A DNA stretch of 64,000 nucleotides from Antechinus flavipes (GCF_016432865.1 NC_067399.1:61380001-61444000), one strand, 5' to 3'. Shown: positions 15,501 to 26,809, counted from the first letter of the stretch. The notes: a model not told the origin generated them from the sequence alone. A program made the numbers and translations.

Positions 15501-18500
15501 TAGAGTCATGTCTAGTCTGTTATAAGATCTACAATTAATTCAGGAAGAAAGTTCCAAGATTATATTCAGTTATTTCTCCCCCATGGCCTATATACTATAC
15601 CAGATTTTCTTTTTCCCATGGAACGGATTGTGAGAAGAAAAAGAACAGTGGTTTCCAACTTTGGAGCCACAGAGTTATTGAAATGTGTCTCTATCCATCA
15701 GCATGTACTTATAACTCTTATTGTATGGGATGCTGGAACTGTGTGGCCAGCCATTGATCCTTCCCTCTGCCTTATACCTGCATATCATGGGAGTTGACCA
15801 GGTCTTCTGAGTGGAACAAAAAACAAAAAACACATAGACCCTTGTTTTATAATTTTCAAATACACTTCTTATGTAATGTAGCATTGTAGTTAATTATATT
15901 TAATTGTTCCCATTAAAATTCTGTATATCCTCTGTCACCAAAGATCCCCAGATTTAAACATCTGTTCCTTTCCACTATTGTTTTCCCCTAGATGCTGTCT
16001 TATATATTGAGCTTCCTCCCTCTGTCGGATCAGAAAGAGGCTTCCTTGGTGAATCGAGCCTGGTACTATGCAGCCCAGATTGCTCTTCGAGAGGTAATGA
16101 ATCTTTAAAGATTGAAAGAGTCTCACAAGTCATTTAGTCCAACCTCTGTCTGAAACAGAAATAATCTCTATAACATCCCTAACAATTTGTCACCCAGGCT
16201 GTAATAACAAGGAACTCACCCCTCCCAAAGAGATATAGAATGATAGAAGTGGTAGAAGGAAATATTGTGTAATTTAATTTTTTTCATCTAATAAAAACCT
16301 ATTTTCGCTTCCTTCTAAGTCCCTTTCCTATTGAAAAAAGGAAGAAAAGCAAACCTCTTGTAGCAAACATGCCTACTCAAGGAAAGCAGATTACCTCAGT
16401 GACCAAATCAAAAAAAAAAAAAGTCATATTCACCATCCTTAGTCTTTTACCTCTTGGACAGAAACATGCTCCATCTGGATTATTGAATTAAAAAGAATTC
16501 TTACATCTTTTTAATTGGTTAGTCTTTACAATGTTGTTACTCCTTGTTCTGCTTATTTCTCTGCATCAATTTGTATTCATCTTCTTGCATTTCTCTGAAA
16601 CCTGTTTTTTTAACCATTTCTTATGGCAGAATAATATTTCATTACATTCATATTCCATTGTATATTTAGCCATTCCCAGTTTTAGGTACTTTCAACTCTA
16701 TAAATATTTTTGTACATATGGATTCTTTTCCTTTTTACTTTGATCCCTGAAGTTTGTCTCTTGGTGGTATCATTAGGTCAAAAGGTCTGCAACCTTTAAT
16801 AACTTTTTGGACATATTTCTACCTTGCTTTCCAGAATACCTATGTCATTTCACAGCCGGGGAAAGGAAATTTACAGATCATTTGGTCCAACTTACTAATT
16901 TCATAGCTAAAAAAATGAGACTCTGTTCTCAAAATCACACAGATAGTATTTCAGCCATGTCATCTGGCTTCAAATCCAGAGCTCTCCCATTATGTTCTTT
17001 TATTTCCCTGTGTTTTCCTTTTCAGGACAGTTCTAATTGTTAGGAAATTCTTCATTTTATTGAGCTGAAATCATTAATCCTTGTACAGCCCCGTGGGACT
17101 AAAAATTAAGTTTACTCCTTCTGAATAGTAATCTTTCAGCAATGTGGACAACATAATCTGTGCCCTCCTGAGGTTTGTCTTTTCCAGCTAAATATCCCCA
17201 AGCAGTAGATTTCATTTTGAGTCTTCACCAGAAAGGAAAGCCTTTGGTCTTCATCAGTCTCTCTACTATTGATCTCAGAATAAAAGGCTTGCGAATGGGA
17301 GACCTGAAAATAGAACTTGTGGATCCTATCTCCCCACCTGCTTCTTGGGGTTCCAGCCTATAAATAGCCTAACCAAAGTTCCCCAGAGCAGAGGCCTGTG
17401 GCTGTCAGTTAGTCCACAGCTGTTACTTGGGGAGCAAGCTCGGGTCATCTGGGTACACAGCTTACCCTAGCACCCAAGCTGGAGACTGTCGGGCACCTGG
17501 ATGGGATTTCTGCTGAACTGAGCTGGCCCCTTCGATGATTTGCTTTATAGCCATAGGCTGCTTGCTGGTTTCAGATATGCCAACTTCGGATATCTGATGT
17601 TGTTATCACTTGTATTTCTACTCAATTGTTTTCTCTTTGGGAAGAGATAAGAATAGTGCTGCTAGAAGAGGAAAGGAAAGAGAAGCACTCAAGCTCCAGC
17701 TAGGACCTTTCTAGAGACCAAGAGGAGTGGTGGGACTGCTGGCTGAGCTGAAAGACTCTTCAGTAACACTTGTAGCACCACACTTAGCTAATAATGTAGT
17801 TTTCATCGAGGTACAAGTTCATGCAACTTGTCTATATGATATGTAGTCTGTACTCTTCAAAATAAGCCATTTTTAGCTCTTTAAAAGATTATTTCTTGAT
17901 TATTTTAGCTTCTCTGTGCCTCATTTTGCCCCTCTCTATATTAAGTGACTTGTACTAGATGAACTAAAAAAAAAAAAATCTCAGTTTTAAAATTTCACTT
18001 TCTAAGGTACTTTTTATTACTTTTCTCTGTCTCTTATCTCTTCACTAATCCCCCACTGCAGGTGGAAGTAGGCTATCTCACCAAATAGTAAGGTCCTGGG
18101 TGGAGAGAGAGCACAGTTGGCTCATCCTCTTCTCAGAGTAGTTCCTATTCTTCTTAGGCTTTGTAAGCTTCTTGGTATTCTTCTACTGCTTTATTCAGGC
18201 CAAGGATGATGAGCCCATCCATGACCAGAGAGGCCTGTTGTGTGCTTTATCAACATTTGTGACATTCAAAAGGGCTCAAGATATAGAAGAAACCCTTCTC
18301 TAATTAAAAACTGGTAAATCACATATGGATAAAAGAAAGAATGGACTATTTTAAAGGGTTTTTTATTCTTCGTTAATTTTAAAAATTATTTTTTCATCTG
18401 TTCTCACTATTGAGCAAAAAAAAAAATTTAGTGAAAAATAAAGACAGGGGCAACTATGTGATGCAGTGGATAGAGCACCAGCCCTGAAGTCAGGAGGACC

Positions 18501-21500
18501 AGAGTTCAAATATGGCCTCAGACACTTAATACATCCTAGCTGTATGACCCTGGGCAAGTCACTTAATCCCAATTGCCTCAGCAAGAAAAAGAAAGAAAAA
18601 AAGCCCTCAATAATAATTACATAGTCCAGGAAAATGAATTCCCATATCCAAAAATCTATGTCTCTTTCTACATTTTAAATTCATTACTTTTCTGTCAGGA
18701 GGTGAATGGTCAGGAAGAGATTTCATCTTCATTCTTGATGACTTGTGGTTTGTCATTGTATTAATCTAGTTCTAAAGTCTTTCAGAATCGTTTTTCTCTA
18801 TAAAATTATCATTATAGAAATTGTTCTCCTAGTTCTCTTCACTTTGTTCAGTATCTATTCATGTAGGTCGTCCCAGTTTTTTCTGAAACTGCCCATTTTG
18901 TCATTTATTTATATCGTTTATTATTATAGAATAATAACATTCTATTACATTCATATATCACAAATTGTTTAACCATTCCTCATTAGGACAACCTCTTAAT
19001 TTCTCATTTTTGACTACAGTGAAAAGAGCTACTATAAATGTTATATGTGTATTTGAATCCTTTTCCTCTTTCTTTGATTAGGTATAGGCTCAATAGTGGT
19101 ATAACTGGGTCAAAGGTAAGCACAGTTTGATGACTAACTTTCTGGGCATCTCTCCAAACTGCTTTTCAGAGTGACGGGGCCAATTTACAGCTCCACCAAC
19201 AGTATCCTTAGTCTGTTTGCTTTTCTACAGCCCTTCCAACATTTTTTACTTTGTTCTTTTATCATCTTTGGGTATCACTGATAGGTGTGAAGTAGAACCT
19301 CAAAATTGAATTAATTTGTATTTCTCTCACTTTTAGAGATTTAGGAATAAAGAATTTTTTCATGTGATTGTTGATAGCTTCAATTTCTTCTTTTGGAAAA
19401 TCTAGTTTATATACTTTGACTATTTATCTACTAGGGAATGGCTCTTATAAACTTGATTCAATTCTTTGTATATATTAGAAATAAAACATTTATCAAAAAA
19501 AAATTGCTAGAACCAGATCATTATACACTTCAACAACGATACTATATGAGGATGTATTTTGATGGAAGTGGATTTCTTTGACAGAGAGACCTAACTTCGT
19601 TTCAATTGATAAATGATGGACAGAAGCAGCTACACCCAAAGAAAGAACATTGGGAAATGAATGTAAACTATTTGCATTTTTGTTTTCTTCCCGGATTATT
19701 TTTACCTTCTGAATCCAATTCTCCCTGTGCAACAAGAGAACTGTTTGGTTCTGCAAACATATATTGTATCTAGGATATACTGCAACATATTTAACATATA
19801 TAGGAGTGCTTGCCATCTAGGGGAGGGGGTGGAGGGAGGGAGGGGAAAAATCGGAACAGAAGTGAGTGCAAGGGATAATGTAAAAAAATTACCCTGGCAT
19901 GGGTTCTGTTAATAAAAAGTTATAAAATAATATTTTTTTAAAATTGCTACAAAGATTTTTTTCCTGGTTACTTTTTCCCTTCTAATTTTTACTACTTTAG
20001 ATTCATTTATACAAAATTTCTTAAATTTTCTACAACCCAAACTGTCCATTTTCTAACATTTGTTTATTTATGAACTCTTTATCTATAAATCCAGAGGGTA
20101 ATTTCTTTCTTACTCCTCTAATTTTTTTATGATGAGACCTTTATATTTAGTGCCTGTAGCCATATGAAGTTTATCTTAGAAAAATATTGATTTATACTTA
20201 GTTACTCCAGACTGTGACTAGTTTTCCTAGAAATTTTTGTCAAATAGTTCTTCCTCTCAACATCAGTCTATCAGAGACTATCTTATTGATTTTGTTGGCT
20301 TATTGATGATATATACCTAATATATTCCATTGATTGACTTCTCATTTTCAAAGCCAGTTCCAAGTTGTTTTTAATAATTGCTGCTTTATAGTATATTTGA
20401 AGTCTAGTATTGATAAGATAATCTTTTCTTACTACTTATTTTTTCACTATATCCTTGAAATTTGTATTATTTTTTCCTAGTTCTTTAAAAAAAGACCTAG
20501 CATAGCAACGAATAAGTAAATTAATTCAGGGAAGTATTGCCATTTTTGTTATATTGGCTTGAACAACCCAAAGAATGTTTCTCCAATTGTTTATTTCAAC
20601 CTTAATATTTCTGAGATAATTGGCTATTACAAAATTAACAAAAACAAAATCAATACTCTTCTGAATTTTTTGAGGTGCCAGCCCAAGGAATTTTTTTGAT
20701 CATCAAATAAACATTTATTAAACATTAACTATGCAGAAAGTTGTGCTAGACTAATTCATAATACTAATAATTCACATTTTTATAGTTTTACTAAACAAGT
20801 TTGATAGAAGTAGTATAAGAAACGCCCCCTTTACCATCCTCATTCCAATTCCTTCCTAAATTGGATAGTCTTTCAATTTCCTGAAGTCATTATCTCCCAC
20901 AGTTCTTTTTTCTTCTAGATAGCCTTTCCATAGCACCATGTTTGCTACCAAGTTCTGCTATCCTGGCTTCTTTGGAACCTTACTATCCTTTGCTTCCTCC
21001 AAGAAGTATATGCCCTTCCTCCTTCCCTACAGCAACCTCTGTACTCCTGAGCAACGGACTGAGAATGTCTGTAGAGATTCTGACTAGCTCCTCAGGACCC
21101 CATTAGCCACTCAAATGAGTGTTCTGTGATATTGATAAGCCAGAATCATCTTGTGCCAGCTTCCAGGTGCCCAAAGGAGACTTCCTTACTTAACCCCAAT
21201 TGCCTCCTCCCCCAAAAAATAGATGAGACTTTCTTGGGCCTTTTCTCAATATCTCCTGCCTAAGGCATCTTGAAACTTTTCATTTATTTGTAACAAAGGA
21301 CTAGATACTTTGTGGCTCCAAGTCTTCTGGGTTTGAGGAGCTAGATTTAGAGTCAGGGCCTCCATCTAAAACAGCTGGAATCCTTAGCAGTTGATATGTC
21401 CACTCATCCATTCCTCCTGCTAGAGACACTTGGCTACCCTTGGGTTTGGGGGCTGCCACTGGGGACTTGGGTTTCCTCTGATGATTTCTGCCTGGCGTCC

Positions 21501-24500
21501 TACCTAACCTAACCCCTCTTCCTCCCAACACCAGTCCCCGTGTGGCCCAGAACTGGTTGGTAACTCACATTCCCCATTTTTAGGTTCTAAGCTACCTCTC
21601 TGTAGATGTCAGGTTCTCTCAGTGCCACATTTCTGGTGTCTCAGGTGTGTTGACATTCTGTCTGTAGCTGCCCTTTTAGTACCCTTCTCCCCCTGGGGCC
21701 CCACTCTGAGGCAGGCCCTCTCCTTACTTGCATCCTTACTCCCCGCCTTTCTTCTTTGGCCCTCACTTATCCCTGGATGTCATGTTCTGTTCCTCCACAG
21801 TTCCTCAAACAGTATGAGGCTAAGGTTAAGTGACAGGGCCCTTTATGTGTCCCCCCAGATACACGTTCGGTATAACATCCCCGTGACAGCGGCCTCCCTC
21901 AGCTCCATCAAGAGCCTAAGCCGCAGGCACGTCTCCTGTGTGAGCCTTATCAACGTGGATGGTTCTTCGGACACCAACAGCGTGCTGCAGTCCATCTCCT
22001 ACTACCTAGGCCCACACCTGCAAAGCCTGTCTCTGGGTGGGGGCTCCTTGACGGAGGCTTCTTTTGTAAGGCTCATCATAAGCTGCCCTGGGCTCCAGGT
22101 CTTGGACCTCAGTGGCTGCAATAGCCTCTTCATGTCCGGGAAGCTGCTGGACCAACCAGAAACAGCCCAACAGGTGCAGAAGGCCCTGGCTAACCTCCGG
22201 GATCTCAACCTGTCTGGCTTACGCCATTTGGCCGACAGCAGCTTTAACCGCCTGAGCAGCTGCACCCCCAAACTGGAGCGCCTCTCTCTGGCACGCTGCC
22301 ACATCACCTTTGACCCTCACCGCAGTCGGTCGGCCCAACCAGGCTCCTCGGCCATCCTTTCCTTCCCCAACATACTCCACTTCCTGAAGGAGCGAGCCAG
22401 TCATCTGGTGGCCCTGGACCTGAGCGGCACAAATCTGACCCCCACGGCTCTCCATGCGTTGGGACAGGTGGTGGGACTTCACCTGCGGGAGCTGGTCCTG
22501 CGGGGCTGCCGGGACATCTCCACTGAGGCTGTGGCGGTCCTGTGCCGGCAGCAGCGGGGCCTGACCAGCCTGGACCTGAGCGGCTGCTCGGAGCTGGCCG
22601 ACGGGGCCCTTCTGGTTGTGTCCAGGGGCCTGCAGGGTCTGCAGCATCTGCGCCTGGAGAAGCTGCAGCAGCTGACGGACTCCGGCTTCTCCTCCTTGCA
22701 CTGGCTGCGGGAGCTGAGAAGCCTCGACCTGGCCGAGTGCTGCCGTGTGAGTGGAAGGGAGCTGGCCAAGGCCCTGGAGTTCCCTAGGGGGCCCCCACCC
22801 CACCTCGCATCTCTCAGGCTAGCCTACTGCTCCTTGCTGAAGGTGAGTGAGCCTCTCCTGGCCTTCCCTGCTCTCTGGAGGCTCCAGGAGGCCAAGTAGG
22901 ACTTCAGAGAGCCTCCTCTTGAGCTCAGTGACCAAAGCCAACCACTGAGGGTTGCTGGTCCAGGAGCACAAGCAAAATCATCGGGTTTTCTGTTTTTTTT
23001 TTCCCTAGTATGTTAATGCTGGTGTCTTTTCTTTGTTGATGATGTCTAATTATACTATTTCTCTTTTTTCTTACTTCATAGCTTTTTTTAAAGTATTTTT
23101 TCTCTGTTGATGAGCTCTAATTTCTATTTCTCTTCCTTCTTCCTTCATAGCTTTGTTTGTTTGTTTATTTTTTCCTGAGGCAATTGGGATTAAATGACTT
23201 GCTAGGAAGTGTTTAAGTGTCTCAGACTGAATTTGAACTCAGGTCTTCCTGACTTCAAGGCTGGTGCTTTATCCACTGCACCATCTAGCTGCCCGTGGGG
23301 TTTTCTGTATTAGTTAAATGAAATGTAGATGAATATCAGCTCCATGAAGAGCTGACTCCCAGGATAATTAGTCCCCCCCCCCCCTCCTCCCACAAAAGCC
23401 TACGCCCTCTGGTGCTTTGTTATGCTGCTGCTGTGACGTGGAGCCCTAACAGTGGACACCAGGGAATGGCCCTTCAGAGGCCAGCCGCCGTACCCTAACT
23501 ACAGTGGCCATGATAGTAACCACACACGTGCTCAAATCTTGTTAAGGTCTGCAAAGCCCCTTCTTTCCCAATGTCTGTGAGCTAGGTGCAAATACTCTTA
23601 TCCTCATATTACAGATCAGAAAATTTGCCTCAGAAAGGTGAGATGAAGCTCATCCATGGTCACACAGCTAGTAAGTGATGGATCCAGATCTGGCTTTTCT
23701 CTGAAGTTCTGCTTGTTGAGATAAAAAAAAAGTAGATCAAGGACTTGATAATCCTTAAAGCGCTCTCTCTGTACATGCTAGCTAGATTTATGATACCAGG
23801 TCCCAGCTGTCAGAAACCTACAGTCAGCTTGGGAAGCTAGGACAGAGCTATGCAAAAAGAGGGAGAGCTTTATCAAGGATTTGAAAGCTCACATGACCTT
23901 TGCCTCTAGGATTTTCTATGGGGGCTCTTCCTGGCCCCAGCCAGTGTCCTACAGCGCTCTCCTGTGCCTTCCCTTTCCTCTCCAGGATGCTTCTGTCATC
24001 TCTTTGGCCCAGGGGCTCGGCTCCAGCCTGAAGGTGCTAGACCTGTCATCCTGCATGTCCCTCACCAACAGCAGCCTGCTGGCCATCTCTGCCAACCTGC
24101 CCCAGCTCACTGTCCTGCGGCTGGCCTGGTGTAAGGAAATCACTGACTCGGGGCTCCTGGGGCTGGCAGATCCAGGCGAGGAGGTGAGGAGGGCGAGCTG
24201 GGAGAGGGGGCAGTGGGCAATACAACAAGGGCATTGGGAAGGGCCGCGGCCTCTCCTTGGCTTGGTTCTCTTTGTCTGAAACCTCAGTCTGTACAAAATG
24301 GTATGGAGTAGTGAGGAGCGCACGGGAGACTCCAAGGGGCTCCTCATTCCTAACTATACAGCCTTAAGCAAAGAACTGCTTATTTTAGAACCTCAGTTTT
24401 CTCATCTGTAAAATGGGGATTAAATCTGTACTCCTTGCCTCCCTGGATTGCTGTGAGGAAAATGCTTTCTAAACTCTCAAGCACTCAAGAAATGGGAGCT

Positions 24501-25854
24501 ATCCAGAGGGTTCTGGTCCAACTCTGTCCAAGTAGGAGGCCCCCAGCTGGACCTTCTCCCACCTAGTCCCCTTCCCCATGAGAGTAGATAGGCCCAGGGA
24601 CCTCAGCAACCCTCTAACTATCTCCCCACCCCTTCCCCTCGGCTTTTTTCACCAGAAGGACAGAGGGACGAAGTTAAACAAGAACTTTGGAGACATGGGC
24701 TTCTTCCTCCCACAGCTGCCTCCAGAGCCCTTGGCCTCCCTCGAATCCCCCTCCCAAGAGACTCCCAACAAACAGCTCACACCCTCCCTGCTCCTACTGA
24801 AGGCTTTGCAGGAGCTTGACCTCACTGCCTGCAGCAAACTGACAGACAACAGCCTGGCCAAGGTGCAGGGAGCATGAGGGGAGCACTGGGGAGGAGGGGA
24901 TGGGGATGGTCAAGGTGTGGGGAGCATGAGGGGAGCACTGGGGAGGAGATGGGGATGGTCAAGGTGTGGGGAATAGAAGAGGGGAGCACTAGGGAGAAGG
25001 GGGCTGGCTCTCCTGAACAGGGATCCTGGGTTACTACAGAAGAGAGGCAGGGACAGGGACAGAGTGAAAGGCTGGAAGGGGCCTTAGGGATGGTCTAAGC
25101 CCCTACTGCTCAGAAAAAACTAACCAGAAACAGAAGTGATTCCGGGGGCTCTGGGTCAGACCCCCTGGATTCCCATCCCTGTTCTAGCAGTGACTCTGGC
25201 TCTCAGTCCTCTTCTGTGAAATAAGTCCGATGAGGTGCTCTGTTGGACCTCTTTTAGGCCCTCCCCTCCCCACTTCCCTTCCGGACCCCATCACAGAGCA
25301 CTGACTGAGCCTTCAGGCCAGAAGGGGCCTCAGCCCAGGCCTCCGGCCCAGGACCCCTGGACGAGCCCGGCCGCCCTCTCCACAGGTGCTGAAGTTTCCC
25401 CGGCTGAGGCAGCTCTCCCTGAGCCTGCTCCTGGAGTTTTCGGACGTGGGGCTGGTGGCGGTGGCCCAAGGCTGCCCGGCCTAGAGCACCTGGCCCTGAG
25501 TCACTGCAGCCGCCTGAGCGACAGAGGCTGGGCCCGGGCAGCCAGTTTCTGGAGGAGGCTCCAGCACCTCAACCTCTCCAACTGCAACCAGCTCACGGAG
25601 CAGTGAGTCACCTCGGGCCGGGGGCGCGCAGGGATCCGGACACGGGGCGGGGAAGGGCGCAGCACTGACTCCGGCCCCCCCACAGGACTCTGGCCACCAT
25701 CCGACAGGCCTGCCAGCAGCTGAAGGTGCTGGACGTGTCCATGTGTCAGGGCATCAGCATGACCGCCGTGGAGCACTTCCAAGCCCAGCTGCCCCAGGTG
25801 ACCTGCGTTCAGTCCCGCTTTGTGGGGGGGGCCGACCTGGCCATGACCCTCTGA
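4327..25854 (+). CDS. FBXL9: F-box and leucine-rich repeat protein 9 (LRRC29), 7 coding exons, with an apparent 1-nt deletion in exon 6
   Basis: Exons (+): 4327-4350 (MAESLPPE), 15992-16093 (F-box), 21859-22842, 23986-24183, 24656-24862, 25386-25602, 25686-25854; all GT-AG. LRRs and C-terminus SRFVGGADLAMTL* match recalled mouse Lrrc29. Exon 6 is 217 nt where phase needs 218. As written, TAG at 25482-25484 gives 537 aa; corrected length is 633 aa. Confidence 0.92.
6319..6360. repeat. (GT)21 microsatellite
   Basis: Uninterrupted GT run. Confidence 0.95.
9330..9495 (-). mobile_element. MAR1/MIR-family CORE-SINE remnant
   Basis: gttcagtcctgtctgactct...ttttatagatgagaaactgaagcaaatagagttaa resembles the reverse of marsupial MAR1. 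Boundaries approximate. Confidence 0.6.
9498..9547. repeat. (GT)25 microsatellite
   Basis: Uninterrupted GT run. Confidence 0.95.
9560..10070. mobile_element. Marsupial RTE-clade LINE/RTE-SINE remnant
   Basis: gccaaggccacccattgcatt...gaggctgatgactttgggcaactctgcctc...aaatccaattc resembles recalled marsupial RTE-derived repeats. Family not verified. Confidence 0.5.
10380..10960 (+). mobile_element. L2 LINE 3' remnant
   Basis: Pyrimidine-rich L2-like motifs (caggcccccatcatctcacacctgggctgttac, cttcctttaaatcctcag). Boundaries approximate. Confidence 0.55.
10990..11220 (+). mobile_element. MAR1/MIR-family CORE-SINE
   Basis: tRNA-derived head (ggtagctaggtgg...gagttcaaatc), CORE (tgtgaccctgagcaagtca, catctgtaaaatgag) and RTE-like tail (accactccagtatctttgcca). 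Confidence 0.65.
12080..12310 (+). mobile_element. MAR1-type CORE-SINE
   Basis: gttcaaatccagcctcagacacttact...catctgtaaaatgagctggagaaggaaatggcaaac...gctgaaatgactgaacaac. Confidence 0.65.
14170..15500 (-). mobile_element. L2 remnant interrupted by a marsupial L1 3' end (about 14960-15230, +)
   Basis: Purine-rich antisense L2 motifs on both sides of an L1-like 3' UTR ending gaaaaataaaata. Boundaries approximate. Confidence 0.5.
15992..16093 (+). CDS. FBXL9: FBXL9 exon 2 encoding the F-box (MLSYILSFLPLSDQKEASLVNRAWYYAAQIALRE)
   Basis: Acceptor ttttcccctag, donor GAG|gtaatg, 102 nt phase 0-0. Joined to exon 1 it gives the F-box pattern LPPEML..ILSFL...D......V.R.W. Absent from the ORF track. 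Confidence 0.93.
18447..18601 (+). mobile_element. WSINE1-type SINE, full length with A-rich tail
   Basis: ggggcaactatgtgatgcagtggatagagcaccagccctgaagtcaggaggaccagagttcaaat...gggcaagtcacttaatcccaattgcctcagc plus A tail; Pol III A/B boxes recognisable. Confidence 0.8.
18690..20560 (-). mobile_element. Old antisense L1 fragment (ORF2 3' end and 3' UTR)
   Basis: T-rich text typical of antisense L1 (ggtataactgggtcaaagg, tgtgaagtagaacctcaaaattg, atttgtatttctct). Split by a younger L1 at 19510-19939. Confidence 0.6.
19510..19939 (+). mobile_element. Young 5'-truncated L1 3' UTR with 10-bp TSD
   Basis: L1 3' UTR with G-rich tract (ggggagggggtggagggagggagggg) and AATAAA at 19911-19916. Direct repeat AAAATTGCTA at 19500-19509 and 19940-19949. 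Confidence 0.8.
23165..23294 (-). mobile_element. WSINE1-type SINE
   Basis: tgaggcaattgggattaaatgacttg...gaactcaggtcttcctgacttc...ccactgcaccatctagctgccc. Confidence 0.75.
24859..25000. repeat. About 50-bp tandem repeat, 2.5 copies, starting at the FBXL9 exon 5 donor
   Basis: CAAGGTG..GAGCATGAGGGGAGCACTGGGGAGGAG..ATGGGGATGGT units start at 24859, 24911 and 24960. Confidence 0.85.
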
Positions 25855-25859
25855 ATAAA
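25854..25859 (+). terminator. FBXL9: FBXL9 poly(A) signal overlapping the stop codon
   Basis: TGAATAAA: TGA 25852-25854, AATAAA 25854-25859. Confidence 0.65.
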
Positions 25860-26809
25860 AGTCGGTCCGGAAACCCTCCTCCCAGCCCACCTGCCACTTT
25901 ACTCTCCCCTAGAACCTCGCTACCCAGCGGGGCTTGGGCACCTACCTCACCATTGGCACCATCTTTCCTGGAGCAAGAGAAGGTCCAGCGCTGCCCACCC
26001 GCCCCTCCTCAGCTGGGAGCTCCCTTGCCAGGATTGAGGGCCCTGAGGAACTGCTTCCTGGCGCTGCACCCTGGGTTTCATAGAGCCCGAGGAAGGGAGC
26101 CCCCCGTTCCTCCCTAGCACTTCCCACTCTGGCTTCCTCAGCCTTTGGCTCCAACGGCGGAGCCCCACAAGGCCGAGGGGCTCCCGGCTTTCTTAGAGGC
26201 CCGGCGGAGTCCTAGCGGCTGGGCCCAGGCTCCCACCTAGCACTTCCCACATCCCATTTGCCTTACTCACTAATGGCTCCCCCAGCTCCTCAGCGCTGGG
26301 ACCAGCCCTATACAAAGTTCTTTGTGGGGTTTGCGAGAATTAAAAGTCTGTGATCTCATCTCTACCTCGTGGTTCTCAGGCTGAGGGATCCCAGGCCTTC
26401 GAATTGGGAGGGGCCCTAGAGAGCATTCTGTAGATGAGGAAACCTCGGACCAGCTGGACCCCAGCCCTAAGTGAGCGCTGCCCCGGGAAAGCCTTTCGGG
26501 GGCCCCAGACCCGTTGTCTGGAAGAGGCTTCAGAAGCAGGAAGAGCCCCATAAGGCTGGCTTTGTTTCTCTAGCTGGCCCGGACCCCCTCCCCTCCCCAA
26601 TGATGCCAGGATTCACAGCCAGAGGAGACCGAAGCCAGCGACCTTTAAAGCCCAAAGAGTAAGAGCGGCTTGGCCCGGATCCCCAGGAGCAGAGCCGCCC
26701 TTTCACCCAGAGCCCGGCCTCCCGGCCCAGCGCCGCCCTCTCCCCCACACCAGCCCCTCCCGGCGCAGCTCGGAGGTTCTCGGACACAGGCCTGAGGAAT
26801 AGGGCCGGC

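Noticed and set aside
17533-17597. Box C/D snoRNA-like arrangement (CGATGA...CTGA)
   Set aside because: Imperfect C box, no terminal stem, and no recognisable rRNA/snRNA antisense element.
5900-21500. Many 60-120 aa ORFs in the FBXL9 introns
   Set aside because: Low-complexity translations of L1/L2/SINE remnants and microsatellites, many with non-ATG starts.
21622-21858. N-terminal 79 aa of the 425-aa ORF (MPHFWCLRC...)
   Set aside because: Intronic read-through upstream of the true exon 3 acceptor at 21858; FBXL9 similarity starts only at IHVRYNIP.
22002-22803. Antisense ORFs of 96-194 aa over FBXL9 exon 3
   Set aside because: Shadow ORFs expected from GC-rich, Leu-rich coding sequence; no recognisable protein.
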